From the NCBI GenBank assembly GCA_038087875.1, contig CM075988.1:25298001-25362000 (forward strand): a stretch of 64,000 nt of DNA, written 5' to 3'. The DNA is from Malacoraja senta (taxonomy: Eukaryota). Below, in pieces: positions 26,684-38,684 of this stretch. The position numbers were made by a program, and so were the translations under genes. Below the pieces are notes generated by a model. It worked only from the letters and a program-made list of their open reading frames with translations, was not told the origin of the DNA and made no database searches. Position 1 is the first letter of the stretch. Each line of letters opens with the position of its first letter.

Positions 26684-28299
26684 CAGTGGCTTGCAAAAGT
26701 ATTCATACCCCTTGAACTTTTCCACATTTTGTCACGTTACAACCACAAACGTAAATGTATTTTATTGGGATTTTATGTGATAGACCAACACAAAGTGGCG
26801 CATAATTGTGAAGTGGAAGGAAAATGATACATGGTTTTCAAATTTTTTTACAAATAAAAACTGAAAAGTGTCGCGTGCAAAAGTATTCAGCCCCCCTGAG
26901 TCAATACTTTGTAGAACCACCTTTCGCTGCAATTACAGCTGCAAGTCTTTTGGGGTATGTCTCTACCAGCTTTGCACGTCTAGAGACTGAAATGTTTGCC
27001 CATTCTTCTTTGCAAAATAGCTCAAGCTCAGTCAGATTGGATGGAGAGCGTCTGTGAACAGCAATTTTCAAGTCTTGCCAGAGATTCTCAATTGGATTTA
27101 GGTCTGGACTTTGACTGGGCCATTCTAACACATGAATATACTTTGATCTAAACCATTCCATTGTAGCTCTGGCTGTATGTTTAGGGTCAATGTCCTGCTG
27201 GAAGGTGAACCTCCGCCCCAGTCTCAAGTCTTTTGCAGACTCTAACAGGTTTTCTTCCAAGATTGCCCTGTATTTGGCTCCATCCATCTTCCCATCAACT
27301 CTGACCAGCTTCCCTGTCCCTGCTGAAGAAAAGCATCCCCACAGCATGATGCTGCCACCACCATGTTTCACAGTGGGGATGGTGTGTTCAGGGTGATGTG
27401 CAGTGTTAGGTTTCCGCCACACATAGCGTTTTGCATTTAGGCCAAAAACTTCAATTTTGGTCTCATCTGACCAGAGCACCTTCCTCCACATGTTTGCGGT
27501 GTCCCCCACATGGCTTGTGGCAAACTGCAAACGGGACTTCTTATGGCTTTTTTTCAACAATGGCTTTCTTCTTGCCACTCTTCCATAAAGGCCTGATTTG
27601 TGGAGTGCACGACTAATAGTTGTCCTGTGGACAGATTCTCCCACCTGAGCTGTGGATCTCTGCAGCTCCTCCAGAGTTACCATGGGCCTCTTGGCTGCTT
27701 CTCTGATCAATGCTCTCCTTGCCCGGCCTGTCAGTTTAGGTGGACGGCCATGTCTTGGTAGGTTTGCAGTTGTGCCATACTCTTTCCATTTTTGGATGAT
27801 GGATTGAACAGTGCTCCGTGTGATGTTCAAAGCTTGGGAATTTTTTTTATAACCTAACCCTGCTTTAAACTTCTCCACAACTTTATCCCTGACCTGTCTG
27901 GTGTGTTCCTTGGGCTTCATGATGCTGTTTGTTCACTAATGTTCTCTAACAAACCTCTGAGGCCTTCACAGAACAGCTGTATTTATACTGAGATTAGATT
28001 ACACACAAGTGGACTCTATTTACTAATTAGGTGACTTCTGAAGGCAAGTGGTTGCACTGGATTTTATTTAGGGGTATCAGAGTAAAGGGGGCTGAATACT
28101 TTTGCACGCCACACTTTTCAGTTTTTTATTTGTAAAAAAATTTGAAAACCATGTATCATTTCCCTTCCACTTCACAATTATGCGCCACTTTGTGTTGGTC
28201 TATCACATAAAATCCCAATAAAATACATTTACGTTTGTGGTTGTAACGTGACAAAATGTGGAAAAGTTCAAGGGGTATGAATACTTTTGCAAGCCACTG
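26684..28299 (-). mobile_element. Full-length Tc1/mariner DD34E transposon, IR/DR type, Passport-like
   Basis: TA|CAGTGGCTTGCAAAAG...CTTTTGCAAGCCACTG|TA; ~212 bp TIRs (26684-26895, 28087-28299) differing at only a few positions; each TIR carries two TGCAAAAGTATTCA direct repeats; 1616 bp. Confidence 0.97.
26901..27920 (-). CDS. Tc1 transposase, 339 aa, uninterrupted
   Basis: Paired-like HTH region, GRPP linker, WSDETK, QQD(I)DPKH, WPSQSPDLNPIE; 34 residues between the second D and E. Confidence 0.95.
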   Translation of the reverse strand: MKPKEHTRQVRDKVVEKFKAGLGYKKNSQALNITRSTVQSIIQKWKEYGTTANLPRHGRPPKLTGRARRALIREAAKRPMVTLEELQRSTAQVGESVHRTTISRALHKSGLYGRVARRKPLLKKSHKKSRLQFATSHVGDTANMWRKVLWSDETKIEVFGLNAKRYVWRKPNTAHHPEHTIPTVKHGGGSIMLWGCFSSAGTGKLVRVDGKMDGAKYRAILEENLLESAKDLRLGRRFTFQQDIDPKHTARATMEWFRSKYIHVLEWPSQSPDLNPIENLWQDLKIAVHRRSPSNLTELELFCKEEWANISVSRRAKLVETYPKRLAAVIAAKGGSTKY

Positions 28300-28301
28300 T
28301 A

Positions 28302-31300
28302 AACAATAATAAACAGAGAATAAGAGGTGGTGGGGTTCTTAAATGGGTGAGCAGAGAAACAGAGGGGTGTAAAATGCGGGCGGAAGCAATAGGTAGCAAG
28401 GTGAAAAGTAAAAGTGGCAGGCAGACAAATCCAGGGCAAAAATCAAAAAGGGCCACTTTTCAACATAATTGTATAAGGGGTAAGAGCGTTGTAAAAACAA
28501 GCCTGAAGGCTTTGTGTCTCAATGCAAGGAGCATTCGTAATAAGGTGGATGAGTTGAACTTGCAGATAGCAATTAATGATTATGATATAGTTGGGATCAC
28601 GGAGACATGGCTCCAGGGTGACCAAGGCTGGGAGCTGAACATCCAGAAATATTCAATATTCAGGAGGGATAGAGAGAAAGGAAAAGGAGGTGGGGTAGCG
28701 TTGCTGGTTAGAGAGGAGATTAACGCAGTGGAAAGGAAGGACATTAGCTTGGAGGATGTGGAATCGGTATGGGTAGAGCTGCGAAACACTAAGGGGCAGA
28801 AAACGCTGGTGGGTGTTGTGTACAGGTCACCTAGCAGTAGTAGTAAAGTTGGGGATGGCATCAAACAGGAAATTAGAAATGCGTGCAACAAAGGCAAAAC
28901 AGTTATAATGGGTGACTTCAATCTACATATAGATTGGGTGAATCAAATTGGCAGGGGTGCTGAGGAAGAGGATTTCTTGGAATGTATGCGGGATAGTTAT
29001 CTAAACCAACATGTAGAGGAACCAACGAGAGAGCAGGCTATTCTAGACTGGGTATTGAGTAATGAGGAAGGGTTAGTTAGCAGTCTTGTTGTGCGTGCCC
29101 CCTTGGGCAAGAGTGACCATAATATGGTTGAGTTCTTCATTAGGATGGATAGTGACATTGTTAATTTAAAAAAAAACAACGGTTCTGAACTTAAAGAAAG
29201 GTAACTTTGAGGGTATGAGACGTGAATTGGCCAAGATTGACTGGCAATTAGTTCTAAAAGGGTTGACGGTGGATATGCAATGGAAGGCATTTAAAGACTG
29301 CATGGATGAACTACAAAAATTGTTCATCCCACTTTGGCAAAAGAATAAATCAGGGAAGGTAGTGCATCCGTGGATAACAAGGGAAATCAGGGATAGTATC
29401 AAAGCAAAAGATGATGCGTAAAAATTAGCCAGAAAAAGCAGCATACCAGAGGACTGGGAGAAATTCAGAGACCAGCAGAGGAGGACAAAGGGCTTAATTA
29501 GGAAAGGGAAAATAGATTATGAAAGGAAACTGGCAGGGAACATAAAAACTGACTGCAAAAGTTTTTATAGATATGTGAAGAGAAAGAGATTAGTTAAAAC
29601 AAATGTAGGTCCCTTGCAGTCAGAAACAGGTGAATTGATCATGGGGAACAAGGATATGGCGGACCAATTGAATAACTACTTTGGTTCCGTCTTCACTAAG
29701 GAAGACATAAATAATCTGCCGGAAATAGCAGGGGGCTGCGGGTCAAAGGAGATAGAGGAACTGAGTGAAATCCAGGTTAGTCGGGAAGTGGTGTTGGGTA
29801 AATTGAATGGATTAAAGGCCGATAAATCACCAGGGCCAGATAGGCTGCATCCCAGAGTACTTAAGGAAGTAGCTCCAGAAATAGTGGATGCATTAGTGAT
29901 AATTTTTCAAAACTCTTTAGATTCTGGAGTAGTTCCTGAGGATTGGAGGGTAGCAAACGTAACCCCACTTTTTAAGAAGGGAGGGAGAGAGAAAATGGGG
30001 AATTACAGACCAGTTAGTCTAACATCGGTAGTGGGGAAACTGCTAGTCACTTATTAAAGATGGGATAGCAGCACATTTGGAAAGTGGTGAAATCATTGGA
30101 CAAAGTCAGCATGGATTTACGAAAGGTAAATCATGTCTGACGAATCTTATAGAATTTTTCGAGGATGTAACTAGTAGAGTGGATAGGGGAGAACCAGTGG
30201 ATGTGTTGTATCTGGACTTTCAGAAGGCTTTCGACAAGGTACCACATAAGAGATTAGTATACAAACTTAAAGCACACGGTATTGGGGGTTCAGTATTGAT
30301 GTGGATAGAGAACTGGCTGGCAAACAGGAAGCAAAGAGTAGGAGTAAACGGGTCCTTTTCACAATGGCAGGCAGTGACTAGTGGGGTACCGCAAGGCTCA
30401 GTGCTGGGACCCCAGCTATTTACAATTTATATTAATGAACTGGATGAGGGAATTGAAGGCAACATCTCCAAGTTTGCGGATGACACTAAGCTGGGGGGCA
30501 GTGTTAGCTGTGAGGAGGATGCTAGGAGACTGCAAGGTGACTTGGATAGGCTGGGTGAGTGGGCAAATGTTTGGCAGATGCAGTATAATGTGGATAAATG
30601 TGAGGTTATCCACTTTGGTGGCAAAAACAGGAAAGCAGACTATTATCTAAATGGTGGCCGATTAGGAAATGGGGAGATGCAGCGAGACCTGGGTGTCATG
30701 GTACACCAGTCATTGAAAGTAGGCATGCAGGTGCAGCAGGCAGTGAAGAAAGTGAATGGTATGTTAGCTTTCATAGCAAAAGGATTTGAGTATAGGAGCA
30801 GGGAGGTTCTACTGCAGTTGTACAGGGTCTTGGTGAGACCACACCTGGAGTATTGCGTACAGTTTTGGTCTCCAAATCTGAGGAAGGACATTATAGCCAT
30901 AGAGGGAGTGCAGAGAAGGTTCACCAGACTGATTCCTGGGATGTCAGGACTTTCATATGAAGAAAGACTGGATAGACTTGGCTTATACTCGCTAGAATTT
31001 AGGAGATTGAAACGTACAAAATTCTTATGGGGTTGGACAGGCTAGATGCAGGAAAATTGTTCCCGATGTTGGGGAAGTCCAGGACAAGGGGTCACAGCTT
31101 AAGGATAAGGGGGAAATCCTTTAAGACCGAGATGAGGAAAAACTTTTTCACACAGAGAGTGGTGAATCTCTGGAACTCTCTGCCACAGAGGGTAGTTGAG
31201 GCCAGTTCATTGGCTATATTTAAGAGGGAGTTAGATGTGGCCCTTGTGGCTAAGGGGATCAGGGGGTATGGAGAGAAGGCAGGTACGGGATACTGAGTTG

Positions 31301-31388
31301 GATGATCAGCCATGATCATATTGAATGGTGGTGCAGGCTCGAAGGGCCGAATGGCCTACTCCTGCACCTATTTTCTATGTATCTATGT
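28302..31388 (+). mobile_element. CR1 LINE, 5'-truncated, near-complete but disrupted ORF2 (APE endonuclease + RT)
   Basis: LNARS/GITETW/MGDFN/SDH endonuclease motifs; NYRPVSLTS, YLDFQKAFDKV, GVPQGSVLGP, FADD RT motifs; frameshifts near 29170, 30050, 31010 and a stop at 29419-29421; TTCTATGT-type tail. Confidence 0.95.
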
Positions 31389-31482
31389 GCATGTGTATGT
31401 ATATATATGTGTGTGTGTGTGTATATGATGTCTGTGTGTATATGTATGTGTGTGTATATATGATGTGTGTGTGTATATGATG

Positions 31483-32523
31483 TAGGTATGTTACAAAACT
31501 TACCTTCAGTCGCGCTGTAATTCTGCCACTGGCCGTGTGCGCGATTTTGGCGCCTTTAAGGGGGGGCGGGGTTAAAACGCGGGTTTCTCCTCCCTTGTCC
31601 TGGTTAATATTTTGTTGGAGTACAAGCGTTTGCTGAAGAATCGTTCCTAGTGGCCTTTTGTGTATTTTTTATTTTTATTAAATCGTCAATGTCAGCGCTA
31701 GAGTAATTTTAAAATCAGCTCCTGAAGCGTCAACGCCGATAACGGGGACGGACTTCACACACGGGACAGGTAAACGAAAGTGGTTTCTTTAAATGTATAA
31801 AAGTGCTTCTTAAGAAGCCTTTAATTCACATTTTTTCATGCGACACGGTGATTTTATTCCCCGAATTAACGGCAGTATTTTTCATGCCAATACGGGGTTA
31901 AATTCACCGCAAATGAACGTTCCAAAAGATCGCGTTCCAGAAATCCTCACTCACAAGATTATTTAAATGCCCATTAATTTACAGGTATTAAACATTCAAT
32001 TCCTTCCATTTGGCCTGTAAATTCATGAAAATGAGATTTAAAAATTATGTTATATTGTGAATTATTGTGTGATTGTTATTTGGACACTTAGGCTATTTAA
32101 AAATGTTAATCTATTCTTAAGAAATTGATAGATGTTTAGATCTAGTAATTGAATTTTGTAATTAGCTACAATTAGGTAACTAACTAATTATATGCTTTAC
32201 TTTCATGTCTTCTAAGTAAGATTGTTTCATATTTGTTTCAGAATGCTTCAATCTATAATAACTGAAAATTTCTTTCAGTTATCTTAATTTTTAAGAAAGT
32301 TATGGGCTTTTAACTGTCCTCGATCACAGCTTTTGTGTTAAGTCAATGGAAAAGCAATAGGGAACAAGATGCTAATTTCCGAGTATGAAAATGGCCATAA
32401 CTTCTTTAATACAGAAGATATGAAAGTGAATTAGGTGTCAAATTAAACTTCTTTTTATGCTTTATCTGATGGGATAAATTGCAGACTTTATTTTTTAAAT
32501 CTCAAAATTTTGTAACATTGCTA
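31483..32523. mobile_element. Non-autonomous DNA transposon, superfamily unassigned (~1.04 kb)
   Basis: Imperfect TIRs TAGGTATGTTACAAAA / TTTTGTAACATTGCTA, flanked by duplicated TATGATG (up to ATATGATGT if ends are shifted one base); no ORF. Confidence 0.7.
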
Positions 32524-32590
32524 TATGATGTGTGTGTGTATATATATGTGTGTGTATGTGTGTATATATATATGTATATATATATATATA

Positions 32591-32621
<31 letters not shown>

Positions 32622-32790
32622 GATCAATCTGTGTATTTGAGAGTATGTTTATATATATACACACACACAGAACTTTTTTTTCTCATTTATTATATTGTTT
32701 ACAGAGTACTATGTTTACATATTGTGTTGTGCTGCTGCAAGTAAGAATTTCATCTGGGGCATATGACAATGAAACATCCTTGACTCTTAC
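32524..32790 (+). mobile_element. 3' tail of a non-LTR retroelement with internal TG/TA microsatellite
   Basis: Same sequence as the reverse complement of 3092-3306 (…ATATTGTGTTGTGCTGCTGCAAGTAAGAAT…TATGACAAT…CTTGACTCT). Confidence 0.7.
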
Positions 32791-32823
32791 CGTGACTTTT
32801 TTTGCATATCTTTCATTCATTTG

Positions 32824-33021
32824 GTGTAAACCAGCAGATGCTGGTTTACACCGAAGATAGACACAAAATGCTGAGGTAACTCAGCAGAACAGGCAGCATC
32901 TCTGGAAAGAAGGAATGGGTGATGTTTAGGGTCGAGATCCTTCTTCAGACCCGAAACGTCACCCATTCTTTCTCTCCCGAGATGCTGCCTGTCCTGCTGA
33001 GTCACTCCAGCATTTTGTGTA
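32824..33021. mobile_element. Fold-back Penelope-type short element
   Basis: Inverted arms; 13 bp TSD TTTCATTCATTTG (32811-32823, 33022-33034). Confidence 0.75.
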
Positions 33022-36000
33022 TTTCATTCATTTGTTCTATTGCAGCATAATCAAGGACGAGTCACACCCTGGCCACTCCCTCTTCTCCCCTCTCCCATCG
33101 GGCAAAAGGTATAGAAGTGTGAAAACGCACACCTCCAGATTCAGTTTCGCACACCGACAGTTTCTTCCCAGCTGTTATCAGGCAACTGAATCATCCTACC
33201 ACAACTAGAGAGCAGTCCAGAAGTGCTATCTATCTCATTGGAGACGCTCAACTATCTTTGATCGGACTTTACTGCCTTTATCTTGCACTAAACGTTATTC
33301 CCTTATCATGTATCAATACTGTAAATGGCTCAACTGTTATCATGTTTTGTCTCTATGCACACTGGTTAGCACACTACAAAAGCTTTTCACTGTACCTCGG
33401 TTAACGTGAAAATAAACTAAACTGAACTGAAACTGATCTAAGCTTCTGGCAATATAAAGCAAGAAGATACTATTTAGTTTGCATAGGCCTTGTTTCAGTC
33501 ACAGTTGGTCATAATTTGACATTTCATCTTCCCACGCATTTGGAAGTTGCAAGTTAAAGAAATAGAAAAGATACAATATTCACTCTAAAGTTAAAGGGAA
33601 CAAAGGGATGGGAGTCTCAGAGATAGACATGAGACATTAATCTTACTAAATGGTGTAAAAATTGTCTTAAAGGTTCTGCTAGATAATGAACAGTTGTGCT
33701 TCGTAAAATAGTTGGAGTATTTCGCACCAGTAAAGGAGATGATAACAAATGACATGTATTTAAGATAATCACAGTTCAAGAGTTTGTTAGAATGGAAGAA
33801 TTCTGTGTCATAAAGTATTGTTGAAGCAGGGTCTTTTAATTCCACCCAATAATGTTGTACGGCCATGTTGAAAGGCAAGCGGGATCAGACTGAATGTCTC
33901 TAGTAAAAGCAAAACACCAGCCATGAAACCAAGGGCCTAATTGCCTACTTCTGCACTGTAACACTATGATTATAAAATGTATTAGGTTTTGCATGAATTT
34001 GATATAAATTTAGCTTTAGTTTCAGTTATGATTTCATAGTGTGACTCGATCGGTAGTTGTACTGTCAAATTAACCCCCCTGTACACAGACCAATTCCCTC
34101 CCGATAATTTAATGTTAACTAATGTCAACTATGTTTCTAACTTATAACGAATTTTGGCCCCGCTGCTGTAATTTGGATTAGAATTTCCTAAATCTAGTCT
34201 GAATTTTTGTTACGCATCTATCAATTAAAAAATGTGTAGGAAAGAACTGCAGATGCTGGTTTAAATCGAAGAAAAACGAAATCACTTTTAGTTTTGAAAT
34301 TTGGATCAAAAACAGAGAAAACAAATATATTTTAATTGATAAGACACAAAATGCTGGAGTAACTCAGCAGGGCAGGCAGCATCATCCATTCCTTCTCTCC
34401 AGAGTTGCTGCCTGTCCCACTGAGTTACACCAGCATTTTGTGTCTTATCGATTAAAATATATTTGTTTTCTCTGTTTTTGATCCAAGTTTCCAAACTAAA
34501 AGTGATTTTGTTTTTTATATACACAATATTTTCATGGCTTCAAGGAATTTGAATGAAAAGCAATATTATTAGTTAAGAAGAAAATACTGACGGGGCATTG
34601 TCTAAAATAGAAAAGGAAAAAATAGATTAGGATATGATAGGATTCATAATTAGCATTTAAACTGCTCAAACCCCAACCTAAATTTAAATATTTTGATTAG
34701 AAAAATTAAGAGTTTACATTGTATCTATGAGTCCAATGTCAGGCATTGCTTTTGTGTGGGGGAAAAGGGAGAATTAGTTCAATAAATTAGGGCAATTTTA
34801 AATGTTGAGAGGAGTGAGTCCAACAGAAATGCCAACACATCATCATGACACCATTTCTGACAGGAAGCCTGGTTTAAAATTAAACCTACAGTGTAGATCG
34901 GAAGTCAAGTGTAGGACAGTCAGTAAGAATAGTTAGTTAAGTTTTTCATAAAAGTTGATCATTTTCACTTTTTAGGGTTTGGCCCACACATTACCAGATA
35001 TAATCATCTTAATTTTGTAATTTAACTGAAAATTTGAACTTGAACCATCCGTGAAAGTCCAGTCCTCAACTAATGCAGACATTTTTAAAAGCAACATTTA
35101 ATGTCTCCTGATACCCAAAATTATTGGAGACATTAGGCAGTGCTACAAAAAGTGGCAACATTTTCTTTCTTAGTGGTTGTGTGATGACACACTTTGGTTT
35201 AAGTGTATGTAATTTAGAGAAAGAAAGAAGATAATTTTGCAGATTTAAAGTCATGGGGCAGAATGACAGAGCCAATCAGAAAAGGAGAATACATTCTGAT
35301 CATAAAAGGAAGATTTCTGGAGAGGAACATGAAGGGTAGAGATAAAGGAAAATCAGAGTTTAAAAATTGAGTGTTCAGATCAAATCACAACAGGATAGGA
35401 AAGGTGTTAATAGGGATTAGATTGACAGGTAACATAGAATAACAAAGAGATCTTGTTGAGGCTAACCCACCATGAAAGCATTTCCTCAATTCTTATTCAT
35501 TCACTTTGTAATGAAATTAATATTATTGTATTGTTTTATTCATTAAGAATCAATTTTATTATTTTGATAAGATTTTTTTCATAATGTAGGGATATATTAT
35601 TTAGAAAATCATCAGGAGAGGATTTGAAAACAAAACAGTATTCTTTTCAGTGTTGTGGAAATTTATAATAGCAAGCATATTCCCATGTTGATAGTTTAGT
35701 TTCAACAGGACCGCTGAGAGCATCTGCTAGGAGATATTATGGCGTTAGGGGCATAAGAGTAGCAGGTGCAGTTTGCACCCACGTCAGCCAATTCACACTG
35801 ACAGCAGCATCTCTCCTCTGCTGCATTCTGCAAAATCTGTTTGTTTCTATATTTAATTGGTGAGCACAAATTCTAAATTTATCAAAATTAATCTACTCTA
35901 TCATCACATATTCATGGATAAATGTAATTTGCATTAAAATACTTATTAGATGGCACTGAGAAAGACAGTATGAGCCAGAAGATCCCATGTTTGACTGCCA

Positions 36001-37739
36001 GCTTGTTTTGGGTTTGCTGATTTTCGTGAAGTTGGTATTTGGAACATTACAAATAATCTCTGCCCCTAAGGAGAGGTAAATTAGCGGGTGTTTCCATTCC
36101 TCGCACATGTCCAGTGACCCAGATGGAAAGTGCATGCTAGGTTGGAACAGGATTAAGTTAAACTATGGTACTCTCATCCCAGTGAAATAACCTATTTAAA
36201 CTTATGTGAATAATTGGCACAATGAAATAGAAACTGAGAAAATAGGTGCAGGAGTAGGCCATTCGGCCCTTTGAGCCAGCACCACCATTCAATATGATCA
36301 TGGCTGATCATACCCCGTTCCTGCTTTTTCCCCATATCCCTTTAGCCTTAAGAACTAAATCTAACTCTCTCTTGAAATAGTGTATCTCTGTCCAAATGGT
36401 CATCATAGAAATTTACAGAAAAAGGCCATTCTGCCCATTGTGCCTGTGCATTGTGTTCACAAATGAGGGAATGATTCTCTCAGAATAATCATTTACTGCC
36501 ATTAAACTAAACACTTGATTTGTTAATGAACGAACAACTGAAGCTTTTGAATGTCCACTGATACATTAAGTTGTTCACTGTATCTGTGATTGTCTCATCA
36601 CAAGGAAATGCCATGTAGCAAAAACACTAATGCTGACATTTATTTTGTTTGGAATTCACTAATCATACTGTGTATTGCAAACTTAGTAGTCACTAGGAAA
36701 ATAACACCAGACCTATTCACTAAATAAAATTCCATGCCTCATTTCACAAGTCACACAAAGGAGCTATCCGTGAGTGTTCACAAAAATAGAGAGTTCTATT
36801 TTCAATTTATTCTCAGGATATTGTTGACAATGGCAAAGGTGTTATTATTACCCAGCTGTTCTGAGAACAAAGTGAGTTAATGGAGCACACGTGGTCCAGA
36901 GTCTACATACAAAACATTAAAAATCATGTATTTGATGATAATCAACAGGTTTTTAATCAGACCTTCTTCTACCAGCCCACAAATTACTTGGATTTTTTGT
37001 TTCAAAATTTACTCAGGTATCATTAAACGCACAGTCCGGACTGAGCTGCTAGTGCAATCATATTAAGTTTTACTCCTGGTGGGCCGAAGAGCCTATTCCT
37101 GTGCTGTACTGTACTATATTCTATCGAAAAAGACCATTTAGTCAGTCAGTGCTTGGCTGCATGTAAGATTTATCCAGCTGATCTTTTTCCCTAAACCCCC
37201 AAAGAATCATTCCTTTGAGGCATATTCAGCTCCATCTTAAAAGCTACAATTGTACCTCACTCCTCCACTACCCCTAGCAGCGCCTTTCAGACTCAACCCA
37301 CTTGCTGTGTAAAAAAAAAAAATCCCTTTTGGCAATCATCATCATTCAGTGCCCTCTGGTTCTTCGTACTTCTGCCAATGGGAAGAGTTTCTATCTATTC
37401 TGTGTATACACTACATGTCTTGAATCCTTGAAGAGATCTTCTTGTAGTCTTTCCAAGAACAATCACAGCTTCTCTTATCTATCCACATAGGTTTCTGAAC
37501 AAAGTAATTATTTCAATAAATCTCTACCCCATCCTTCCCTAAAGCCTTCACAGTTCTCTTAGTATAAGGCAATCAGGACATCAGCTGTGGCAGAACCACT
37601 GTTTTATCAAGTTCAACATGTTCTTGTTCTTCTACTCCATTTAAAATCCCAAGATCCATTACCAGTCCTGCCATGAATTCGGTACATATAACACCATATT
37701 TCATTGTCCCAGTTTCAGAATTGTGTCCTCTTATTCATA

Positions 37740-38671
37740 TGTTTAAGAAAGAACTGCAGATGCTGGAAAAATCGAAGGTAGACAAAAATGCTGGAGAAAA
37801 TCAGCGGGTGAGGCAATATCTTCTCTCCATAGAAAATGGACACTCTCCGCCTCATTAAGGGCACTGAGGTGGAGGTGGTCGCTAACCACAGGTACCTTGG
37901 TGTGCAGCTTGACAGTGAGCTGGACTGGAAGTGTCATATGGAGGCGGTGTACAGGAAGGGACAAAGCCGACTGTATTTTTTAAGGAGGCTGAGGTCATTT
38001 AACATCTGCCAACCCCTACTGTGCAGTGTCTACCATTCAGTGGTGGCCAGTGCTCTGTTTTTTGCTGTGGCCTGTTGGGGAGATGGCGCCCGCATAGCGG
38101 ACAAAAACAGACTGGACAAGCTGATCAGGAAGGCCGGCTCAGTGGTCGGGGCTGAGCAACGAACGGTCCAGCAGGTGGCAGAGGCCAGAACTCTGAACAA
38201 ACTGGGTTCTATAATGACCAACCCCACTCACCCACTCCATGCCCTGAAGGTGATCAAGAGCAGCATCTTCAGTCAGAGACTGATTGCACCAATGTGCAAA
38301 ACTGAGAGACACAGGAAGTCCTGTTTACCAGCTGCTATAAGGTTATATAATGCGCATAAATAACTGTATTTTAATTGTTTTTTAACTTGTATTTTAACTT
38401 GTATATTAACTTGTTAAGTATGGAAGCTATTTGAGGAAATGTGTGGTGTTATGTCTGTCTTGAAGCTGTCGTGGCACTGTAATTTCCTGTAAAGGATTAT
38501 TAAAGGTATATCTTATCTTATCTTATCTTATCTCTTCCTTTCTTTTCCCACCGCCCCCCCCCCCCCACCCCCGACATCAGTCTGAAAAAGGGTCTCGACC
38601 CGAAACATCGCCTATTCCTTCTCTCCATAGATGCTGTCTCACCCGCTGAGTTTCTCCAGCATTTTTGTCTA
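37740..38671. mobile_element. Fold-back Penelope-type element interrupted by a Rex1/Babar fragment
   Basis: Arms at 37740-37833 and ~38535-38671; TSD CCTCTTATTCATA (37727-37739, 38672-38684); hammerhead-like motif at ~38578-38612. Confidence 0.7.
37834..38533 (+). mobile_element. Rex1/Babar-type LINE 3' fragment (C-terminal RT region and 3'UTR)
   Basis: YLGVQLDSELDW…QSRLYFLRRLRSF…SALFFAVACWG…PTHPLH…PAAIRLYN; (TCTTA)n tail. Confidence 0.8.
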
Positions 38672-38684
38672 CCTCTTATTCATA

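Noticed and set aside
25593..26827. Long ORFs of 130-367 aa (YI/HT/VC-rich) on both strands
   Set aside because: Translations of the TA/TG microsatellite, which lacks stop codons.
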